A DNA stretch of 41,822 nucleotides from a virus (taxonomy: Duplodnaviria > Caudoviricetes). This document shows, one piece after another, positions 24,341 through 31,021 of the stretch. The notes under the pieces are model-generated. The model searched no databases, was not told the origin of the DNA, and saw only the letters and a list, made by a program, of their open reading frames with translations. The stretch spans positions 1-41,822 of the IMG/VR virus record IMGVR_UViG_3300049892_000048; one strand, 5' to 3'. Both the position numbers and the translations under genes were made by a program. The first letter of the stretch is position 1. Each line of letters starts with the position of its first letter.

Positions 24341-24739
24341 TCTGGTGCCCGCAAGGGAAGGCCCGCCGACGATAAGCAATATCACACGAAGCGCATCGAC
24401 CCAGCAGTGGTGCTTTCAACAAGGAGAGACTGATGCAGATGTTCACTGATAGCACTTAGCGACCCGGCCCATAAGTTCGTCGCGGCTTCGATAGCAGGTC
24501 ACTCCGGCCTAGCATGGACACTTGGAGTAAGGTCAAACGACACTGAAACGACTGTCCTCTGAGCGCAACTCAGCGGTTCCCGACCTCGGTGGATACCCAC
24601 CGCCTAAGGCATGCACGATGCAGCAGGGATAGGATGTTGTGAGTCACGGACGAGTTTGTGGTGGATGACTAAATTATTTTGGTAGATTATAGGCAAGTCC
24701 GCAAGGGGGTTCCGATGTTGAGATTCGGAGCCCTTTTGC
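24337..24739 (+). ncRNA. candidate large structured ncRNA of unknown class
   Basis: ~400 nt with no long ORF in a gene-dense genome; about ten helices incl. a GCAA tetraloop and a long-range 24377-83/24633-39 pair. Confidence 0.55.
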
Positions 24740-24745
24740 GTTTAA
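24701..24745 (+). terminator. 15-bp hairpin closing the ncRNA region
   Basis: GCAAGGGGGTTCCGA / TCGGAGCCCTTTTGC followed by GTTT. Confidence 0.65.
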
Positions 24746-24747
24746 GG

Positions 24748-24776
24748 TTGACACACTTTTGCGCGTGTGTTATACT
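24748..24776 (+). promoter_or_regulatory. sigma70-like promoter TTGACA-N17-TATACT for tRNA-Asp
   Basis: -35 24748-24753, -10 24771-24776, 11 nt before the tRNA. Confidence 0.85.
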
Positions 24777-24787
24777 TACTACTGTTA

Positions 24788-24862
24788 GGGGATAGCGTTC
24801 GGCGGCCAGGACATTGCCCTGTCACGGCAAAGAGCGGGGTTCGATTCCCCGTATCCCCGCCA
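24788..24862 (+). tRNA. trnD: tRNA-Asp(GUC), CCA encoded
   Basis: acceptor GGGGATA/TATCCCC, anticodon arm TTGCC-CTGTCAC-GGCAA, T arm CGGGG-TTCGATT-CCCCG, G73. Confidence 0.9.
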
Positions 24863-24870
24863 TTTTTCTT

Positions 24871-25239
24871 ATGATGATCAACGTATTCATGGATGACGTG
24901 CGCCCTTGCCCTGAGGGCTGGGTCGTCGCTCGGACGATAGCGGACGCGATGTGGCTGCTGCTCAATGAGCAAGTGGTGCATATGTCGCTCGACCACGACA
25001 TGGGCGCCTGCAAGGAGTGCCGCGAGAAGGGACTCCATGTGGGCGACATGCAGACGCCGGAAACGACGTTCATGAACTGGTGTCCGCACGACGATGACGG
25101 CTCGGCGCTGGTGCGTTGGATGATCGACAGCAACCATTGGCCCGTCTATAAGCCAACAGTGCATAGTGCGAACCCCGTCGGCGCGGCCCGGATGCGCGGG
25201 ATGATTGAGAGGTACGGTCCGTATGGCAATCGTCCGTGA
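24871..25239 (+). CDS. cyclic-phosphate-processing receiver-like domain protein (RNA-repair associated)
   Basis: FMDDVRPCPEGW...SLDHDMG...G..LVRW...VHSANPVG. Confidence 0.8.
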   Translation: MMINVFMDDVRPCPEGWVVARTIADAMWLLLNEQVVHMSLDHDMGACKECREKGLHVGDMQTPETTFMNWCPHDDDGSALVRWMIDSNHWPVYKPTVHSANPVGAARMRGMIERYGPYGNRP

Positions 25240-25537
25240 CGGCACGCCCAACTTCACGCAGACCTCATTGTGCCGGTCCTGCCGGAACGCGCACATTCTT
25301 GAAGGACTCAAAGCTGAGGACACGCACGTATTCTGCCATTCGCGGAACGCGGGCTATCCGCCCATGCGCGTGACGTGGACCGTGACGAAGTGCAACGACC
25401 ACGAGAACAAAGCCACCCCAACGCTGTGGGATATGGAGAAGATCGCGTGGCGCTTCTCCAAAGATACCAGAGGGGGTCGCGGTGCGGGCTTTCTGACGCC
25501 CAAAGAATATAAGACGCGGTACCCGGATAGTGATTGA
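25223..25537 (+). CDS. Cys-containing hypothetical protein
   Basis: GTP...SLCRSCRNA...C...VTKC...MEKIAW. Confidence 0.6.
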   Translation: MAIVRDGTPNFTQTSLCRSCRNAHILEGLKAEDTHVFCHSRNAGYPPMRVTWTVTKCNDHENKATPTLWDMEKIAWRFSKDTRGGRGAGFLTPKEYKTRYPDSD

Positions 25538-25562
25538 CATGCCTGCGGGGATGTCGTATAAT
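25534..25562 (+). promoter_or_regulatory. perfect consensus sigma70 promoter TTGACA-N17-TATAAT
   Basis: -35 25534-25539, -10 25557-25562. Confidence 0.9.
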
Positions 25563-25569
25563 TACTAGT

Positions 25570-25720
25570 GAGCGCGCCCGACGATACGAGATAGGTGCTC
25601 CATCCAACCCCGCCGGGCATCTATACGTGATTGTCGCGTTTCCCGCCGGAGCCGAGCGATCACTGCTCGGCTCCAACTTTATTCGGATGGCGGTCACGTT
25701 AGCATGGAGAAGGTGAGAGA
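25570..25720 (+). promoter_or_regulatory. structured 5' leader / candidate cis-regulatory RNA
   Basis: long interrupted hairpin 25574-25639, 10-bp hairpin 25648-25674, loop complementary to 25685-25693. Confidence 0.55.
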
Positions 25721-26695
25721 ATGCCAAAAATCGAGATTCCTATCGTTGAGTTGAGAAAGCGGAAGTTGTTCGTCGCGACCCCGATGTATGGAGGCCAATG
25801 TGCGGGGCCGTTCACCAAGTGCTGCTTGGACTTGAACACACTCTGCCTGAAACACGGCATCGACGTCCAATTCTTCTTCCTGTTCAACGAATCTCTGATC
25901 ACTCGGGCGCGCAACTATCTGGTCGACGAGTTCCTTCGAAGCACGGGGACTCATCTGATGTTCATTGACAGTGACATCGGGTTCAATCCGATGGACGTGT
26001 TGGCGCTGCTGGCGCTGGATAAGGACGTGATCGGTGGTCCCTACCCCAAGAAAACCATCGCGTGGGAGCGCGTCTTTGATGCGGCAAAGATGGGTCTCGC
26101 GGACAACAATCCCAATCAACTTGAAAAGTTCACCGGCGACTACGTGTTCAACGCTGCCCCCGGTTCGACCGAAATCAAGATGGACGAGCCTGCGGAAGTT
26201 CTGGAGATTGGTACGGGGTTCATGATGGTCTCCCGGCCGGCGCTGGAACGCTTCAAAGCGGCGTACCCGGAACTTCAATACAAGCCCGACCACAACCGCA
26301 CGGCCATGTTCGACGGCTCCCGCTACATCCACATGTATTTCCAAGCTCTTATCGATCCGGTGACGGAACGCTATCTGTCTGAGGATTACATGTTCTGCCA
26401 GTGGGCGCGGAATGCGGGGCTCAAAGTCTATCTGTGTCCGTGGATGCAGTTGACGCACGTTGGCACCTACGTCTTTGGTGGCACGATGGATGCGTTGGCC
26501 GCGCTGTCGCAGAAGCAAGCGGAACTGGGCGTCTGGACGCCGATTGCGAAGGGGGCGAACGAGAAGGCCGCGGCTGAAGTAACGCTCCCTCCGCCCCCGA
26601 TGACGGCCGCGGGGATCGAAATCCCGCCGGACATGCTCAAAGCGATCATGGACGAGGCGGCGAAGAAGCTCAGTGACGCCCCCAAACCGGAATAA
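25721..26695 (+). CDS. GT-A fold (GT2-like) protein conserved in T4-like phages
   Basis: FVATPMYGG, ESLITRARN, THLMFIDSDI (DxD), GTGFMM, YLSEDYMFC. Confidence 0.75.
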   Translation: MPKIEIPIVELRKRKLFVATPMYGGQCAGPFTKCCLDLNTLCLKHGIDVQFFFLFNESLITRARNYLVDEFLRSTGTHLMFIDSDIGFNPMDVLALLALDKDVIGGPYPKKTIAWERVFDAAKMGLADNNPNQLEKFTGDYVFNAAPGSTEIKMDEPAEVLEIGTGFMMVSRPALERFKAAYPELQYKPDHNRTAMFDGSRYIHMYFQALIDPVTERYLSEDYMFCQWARNAGLKVYLCPWMQLTHVGTYVFGGTMDALAALSQKQAELGVWTPIAKGANEKAAAEVTLPPPPMTAAGIEIPPDMLKAIMDEAAKKLSDAPKPE

Positions 26696-26709
26696 GTGAC
26701 GCGGAGTTG

Positions 26710-27201
26710 ATGATGAGTCTTGTGAATTACGTGCAACAGACCGGTGACGGCCTTAAACCCAGCAACCCCAAAGACGTGATCGGGAGCGACAAGATTCCCT
26801 TCCATCTGTGGCCAGAAACCGCCACAGCGTTGGGGGCGTTGGCGCTCCTTGACGGAGCGTTGAAATATGGACGCGGCAACTGGCGAGTCGCCGGCGTCAA
26901 GTTCACCATCTATTACGACGCCATGCGGCGTCATATGAACAAATGGATGGAAGGGGAGAAGACGGACCCGGATAGTGGTCTCCCCCACTTCGCGCACGTT
27001 CTCGCGTGTGCTGCGATTCTCGCGGACGCCGAAGCGTCGGGGATGCTGGTCGATGATAGCAACCTCATTGAGCGGACCGGGTACCGAGAATTGGTGGAGA
27101 AGCTGACGCCGCATGTGAAGCGGTTGAAGGAACTCCATAAGGACAAACACCCGCACCACTACACGGCTGCGGACCGACGACAGGATGGGACGAGTGAATA
27201 A
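26710..27201 (+). CDS. dATP/dGTP diphosphohydrolase-domain protein (DUF5664-like)
   Basis: NPKD..G..K.P, GALKYGRGNWR, YDAMRRH..KW.EGE..DPDSGLPH.AH. Confidence 0.85.
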   Translation: MMSLVNYVQQTGDGLKPSNPKDVIGSDKIPFHLWPETATALGALALLDGALKYGRGNWRVAGVKFTIYYDAMRRHMNKWMEGEKTDPDSGLPHFAHVLACAAILADAEASGMLVDDSNLIERTGYRELVEKLTPHVKRLKELHKDKHPHHYTAADRRQDGTSE

Positions 27202-27796
27202 AGGGAACATATCATTTGACGTGGATGGCGTGCTGGCGAATTTCACACGCGGATTCACACGGATTGGCAATCAACTCTACGGAACACCCGTGGCCACGCA
27301 CGGCATTCAGAAGACGTGGAACTTCGAAGACTTCGCACCCCTGAAGCTCGACAAAGAGAAGTGCAAGGGCATTTGGGATGTGCTGCTCAAGGACGTGGGC
27401 TTTTGGGCCGACCTCGACCCGCTGAACCCGTCGGTGATGCCCACGATTGGAAGCATTGCCAACCGCGTGTTCATTAGCAATCGCGCCGGCGTGGACCCGC
27501 AGACCCAGACGGAAGCGTTTTTGGAGCGATGGGGCATCTGGGCGCCCAAGGTGTTCATTGCCGCAGACAAAGTGCCCATTGCCATTACACAGAACGTGGT
27601 CGCGCATCTGGACGACTACTACCCCAATTGCGTGGCAATCAAGACAGCGATCCCGTCAGCCTACGTGGCATTGCTCTGGACGCCTTACAACGAAATGCAC
27701 CACGCGGAGTGGGGCCAGCAGGACGACGTGCTGTTGAGCGTGGAGCAGTTCATCCATAACTGCGAGGCTCGGGGACTGGTGGAGTCGCAGATATAG
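27185..27796 (+). CDS. HAD-family 5'(3')-deoxyribonucleotidase-like protein
   Basis: FDVDGVLANF, FISNR, DK, HLDDY..N, PYN. Confidence 0.8.
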   Translation: MGRVNKGNISFDVDGVLANFTRGFTRIGNQLYGTPVATHGIQKTWNFEDFAPLKLDKEKCKGIWDVLLKDVGFWADLDPLNPSVMPTIGSIANRVFISNRAGVDPQTQTEAFLERWGIWAPKVFIAADKVPIAITQNVVAHLDDYYPNCVAIKTAIPSAYVALLWTPYNEMHHAEWGQQDDVLLSVEQFIHNCEARGLVESQI

Positions 27797-27797
27797 A

Positions 27798-27826
27798 TTG
27801 ACACGCCGCTCGATGTGTGTTAGACT
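27798..27826 (+). promoter_or_regulatory. sigma70-like promoter TTGACA-N17-TAGACT for gp45 operon
   Basis: -35 27798-27803, -10 27821-27826, TG extension. Confidence 0.8.
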
Positions 27827-27863
27827 GTATGAGTGAGTTTGTGTTCTGAAGGAGAACAACATT

Positions 27864-28568
27864 ATGGCAACGTTTGTAGTGAGTGACAAGACCCAGAAGA
27901 TTCTGAAGAACTTCGCGGGCATTTCCAATAGCATCAAGTTGGCCGCGGGCAAGACGCAGCGCACGTTGTCGAAGGGCAAGTCTGTGCTGGCGATTGCCGA
28001 ACTGCCAGAAGCGTGGCCGCAGGATACCGCGATCTACGACTTGAACCGCTTCTTGGGAACGTTGTCGATCTTCCAGAAGCCGGTCATCACGTTCGAAACC
28101 GACCACATGGTCATCAAGGGCGAAGGCGGCTCGCGCATCGGCTACCGCTACTCCGACCCATCGACCATTCAGTCCGCGCCGAACAAGACGCTGGCAACGG
28201 ACAGCCCGTTGGCGAAGTTCACGCTGTCGGAAGCAGCCTTGGAGCAATTGAGCCGGTCGTGCGCGTTGCTGGAACTCGACGCGGTCTCGTTCATCGTGGA
28301 CGGGCACAAGGTGACAGTGGGCGCCGCGGACGCGAAGAACCCCGCTTCGCACACGTATAGCATCGATGTTCCTGAGACCGACATTGCGCTGCCGACGTCG
28401 ACCAGCGACTATCAGCGGACGCTCACGTTCAGCACGGAGCACCTCGCCATGCTGCTGACGGGTCCGTATGAAGTGACGATGGCCGCGTGGCCCTACGGCT
28501 ACTTCACACACAAGACGGAACCCGTGTCCTACTTCATCGTCGCGCAGGCCGCGGCGGGTGGAAAATAG
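27864..28568 (+). CDS. 45: sliding clamp (T4 gp45-like)
   Basis: ILKNFAGISNSI, AIYDLNRFLG.LS, YRYSDPS.I; position before clamp loader. Confidence 0.9.
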   Translation: MATFVVSDKTQKILKNFAGISNSIKLAAGKTQRTLSKGKSVLAIAELPEAWPQDTAIYDLNRFLGTLSIFQKPVITFETDHMVIKGEGGSRIGYRYSDPSTIQSAPNKTLATDSPLAKFTLSEAALEQLSRSCALLELDAVSFIVDGHKVTVGAADAKNPASHTYSIDVPETDIALPTSTSDYQRTLTFSTEHLAMLLTGPYEVTMAAWPYGYFTHKTEPVSYFIVAQAAAGGK

Positions 28569-28573
28569 TTTCC

Positions 28574-28649
28574 ACTCCTGTAGCTCAATGGCTAGAGCCG
28601 TCGCCTTATAAGCGACAGATGCGCGGTTCGAATCCCGCCGGGAGTACCA
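28574..28649 (+). tRNA. trnI: tRNA-Ile(UAU), CCA encoded
   Basis: acceptor ACTCCTG/CGGGAGT, D arm GCTC/GAGC, anticodon arm GTCGC-CTTATAA-GCGAC, T loop TTCGAAT, A73. Confidence 0.85.
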
Positions 28650-28657
28650 AAGGACGT

Positions 28658-29599
28658 ATGGATACTCGTGAATACTTCGCATGGGTGGAGAAGTACCGCC
28701 CGCAGACGTTGGATGAGTGCATTCTCACCGCGTCTGTCAAAAAGACCCTTCAGGACGCCATCAATCAAAAGAACACAACCAACTTGCTGCTCTGCGGCAA
28801 GGCGGGCACGGGCAAGACGACCGTGGCGAAAGCGATTGTCCGTGAGATCGACGCGGACGTGTTGGTCATCAATGCGTCTGAGGAAGGGAACATCGACACA
28901 CTCCGCAACCGGATCAAGGACTTCGCTTCGGCGATGGGCTTTGGGGGGAGCCGGAAGTATGTCATTCTGGACGAAGCGGACTATCTGACCGCGGCGACTC
29001 AGCCTGCGCTCCGGGCGTTCATGGAAGAATTCTCTAAGTCGTGTGGATTCATCCTCACGGCCAATTTCCCACAGCGCATTATCGCGCCACTCCATTCTCG
29101 CTGCTCCGTTGTGGACTTCAAGATTCCCGCGAAGGAACGCCCGGACTTGGCGAAAGCCTTCTGGCAACGCGCCTGCGATATTCTGACGCAGGAAGGGGTC
29201 GCGCACGATCCCAAGATCGTGTCCCAAGTGGTCGCGAACTACTTCCCCGATTTCCGCCGCGTCCTGAACGAGCTTCAGCGATTCAGCGCGGGCGGGGAAC
29301 TCTCCGTGGCCATCCTTTCGCAAATCACGGACAAGGATATCGCGGACCTCTTTGCCGCGATCAAAATGAAGGACTACGTGCAGATGCGGAAGTGGGTCGT
29401 CAACCATGAGGATGTGGACCCGACGGCCTTCTATCGGATGTTGGGAGAGCAGATTCCGAAACAAGTAGATCATGCGTGTCTCCCTCAGTTGATCGTGTTG
29501 CTGGCGGACTATGCGTATCGGGCAGCGTTCTGCGCGGACGCCCAGTTGAATACGCTGGCGTGTCTCGTGGAAGTGATGACCGCAGCAAGGTGGAAGTAA
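28658..29599 (+). CDS. 44: clamp loader large subunit (T4 gp44-like)
   Basis: WVEKYRP, GKAGTGKTT, ILDEAD, QPALR.FMEEFS, PLHSRC, FPDFRR.LNELQR; AAGGA SD before ATG 28658. Confidence 0.95.
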   Translation: MDTREYFAWVEKYRPQTLDECILTASVKKTLQDAINQKNTTNLLLCGKAGTGKTTVAKAIVREIDADVLVINASEEGNIDTLRNRIKDFASAMGFGGSRKYVILDEADYLTAATQPALRAFMEEFSKSCGFILTANFPQRIIAPLHSRCSVVDFKIPAKERPDLAKAFWQRACDILTQEGVAHDPKIVSQVVANYFPDFRRVLNELQRFSAGGELSVAILSQITDKDIADLFAAIKMKDYVQMRKWVVNHEDVDPTAFYRMLGEQIPKQVDHACLPQLIVLLADYAYRAAFCADAQLNTLACLVEVMTAARWK

Positions 29600-29823
29600 T
29601 GCCCAAGACGAATCCCCTGTCGATGCTTATGTTCATGCCGACGCATACGTGCGCGACGTGTGGGAAGATGATCGAATACTTCGGGGGGTGGCGGGATGCA
29701 GGAGAGAATGAGCAGTGCGTCCATGCCGCCGCGCCGGGGAAGACTATGGGCAAACACAAGCCCGGGAAGAAACTCACGAAGCAAGAACTGGCGAACTATT
29801 TTCAGAAAGTGTCCAAGCGATGA
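29599..29823 (+). CDS. small Cys/His hypothetical protein
   Basis: TCATCG...CVH; TAATG and ATGA coupling. Confidence 0.55.
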   Translation: MPKTNPLSMLMFMPTHTCATCGKMIEYFGGWRDAGENEQCVHAAAPGKTMGKHKPGKKLTKQELANYFQKVSKR

Positions 29824-30287
29824 TTCACGACGTCTGCGAGTCCTGTCAAGCGAAAGTGTTATGGTACAAGTGGCGCAGGGGGTCTGTTCTCCTGTCGCCC
29901 AAGAATGACAACCGCATCTACATTGCCTCACGGTTCAAGAACCGTGAGGGCGTCAAGCAACTCACGGCGAAGCTCGCCACAGCGAAGCCCCCGATTCACG
30001 CGATTCAGACATGGCCGAATGAGTTGCCCGATGCGGATCGGGTCAAGAGCGCCGTGCGGGACTTGGAGCAGATCGATTCCGTCGATACGGTACTGGTCTG
30101 GACCGACGAGTGTGAGCTAACTCCGGGCGGGATGAACTTCGAAACAGGCTATGCGTTTGGTACGGGCAAGAACATCATCGTTGTGGGCCCGCGAGTGCAT
30201 ATCTTTCTGGACTTGGCGGGGAACGATCCCCATTTCCGCCACTTCGCGACACTCCAAGACTATTTCAAGACGTTGACGTGGGAGTAA
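29820..30287 (+). CDS. nucleoside 2-deoxyribosyltransferase / nucleotide N-glycosidase-like protein
   Basis: IYIASRF, RDLEQIDSVD, GGMNFETGYAFG.GK.IIVVGP. Confidence 0.75.
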   Translation: MIHDVCESCQAKVLWYKWRRGSVLLSPKNDNRIYIASRFKNREGVKQLTAKLATAKPPIHAIQTWPNELPDADRVKSAVRDLEQIDSVDTVLVWTDECELTPGGMNFETGYAFGTGKNIIVVGPRVHIFLDLAGNDPHFRHFATLQDYFKTLTWE

Positions 30288-30289
30288 CT

Positions 30290-31021
30290 ATGGAATACGA
30301 TCTGAAGCCTGGTCCCAGTGTCCCCAATTGGCTGCCCGAAATGTCGCCGCCGCACCCGCAGCTAACACCATTCGACCCGTGGTTTGGAGAATTCCTCGGC
30401 ACCCTTCGAAGTGAACTCGCGCACGGGTCGTCAGAGTTTGGGACGGCGCTGATGCTGTTCACGTTAGCCGTCAACGTCCGGGCGACTCGTATCTTGGAAA
30501 TTGGGCGTTGCCGGGGATTGAGTACGTTGGCCCTCGCGGGGGCGTTGCGCTTCAATGACGTGGGGTGGACGGAAGCGCCACATAACAAGCAGCGGCCGGA
30601 CGTGGACTATCTGCGGTACGAATACTCGTCGCTGCATGTGTTATACTCCGTCGATTTGATTCCGCAAGCGAACGCAGAGCAGTTGATTTCACAGACGAAG
30701 TTGACGCCGTATGTGAAATATGTCAACATGCCGTCATCGGACTTTCAGCCTGATGGGCTGTATGACCTCGTGTTCATTGACGGGGACCACTCGTATGAGG
30801 GGTGTCTGGCGGACGTCAAACGTTATGTCCCCTACGTGCGGAATGGTGGCTACTTCGTGCTGCACGACTACTTTGGCTGGTATGACAAGGACGGCAAGAA
30901 CAACTCTCCGATCAAGCGAGTGATCGACGAGCATCTACTGGACTTCGAACATCTGCTGATCGATACGGGATATCAGAGTTATGTGATCTTCCGTTGTCGG
31001 GGGGAGCAAGAGGTCGTCTGA
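30290..31021 (+). CDS. class I SAM-dependent methyltransferase (Methyltransf_24-like)
   Basis: ILEIG..RGLST, YSVD, DLVFIDGDHSYEG..AD, GGYFVLHDY. Confidence 0.85.
   Translation: MEYDLKPGPSVPNWLPEMSPPHPQLTPFDPWFGEFLGTLRSELAHGSSEFGTALMLFTLAVNVRATRILEIGRCRGLSTLALAGALRFNDVGWTEAPHNKQRPDVDYLRYEYSSLHVLYSVDLIPQANAEQLISQTKLTPYVKYVNMPSSDFQPDGLYDLVFIDGDHSYEGCLADVKRYVPYVRNGGYFVLHDYFGWYDKDGKNNSPIKRVIDEHLLDFEHLLIDTGYQSYVIFRCRGEQEVV

Noticed and set aside
24337-24739. Resemblance to RNase P RNA (AGGCAAGTCCG, TGAAACG, ACCCGGC), SAM-I (CTTATC/GATAAG), cobalamin (GGTGCCCGCAAGGG), glycine riboswitch (GGAGAGAC), group I intron or hammerhead
   Set aside because: Only isolated fragments match; order or required partner motifs (P4, AAGAG, B12 box, P7 pair, CUGANGA) are missing.
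23869-25716. Track ORF starts at 23869, 24814 and ORF 25534..25716
   Set aside because: They begin in promoter -35 boxes or inside tRNA-Asp; better starts are 23980 and 24871, and 25534..25716 is promoter plus structured leader.
28487-28657. N-terminal extension of gp44 in the ORF track
   Set aside because: Reads through the end of gp45 and the tRNA-Ile gene; the SD-led ATG at 28658 matches gp44.
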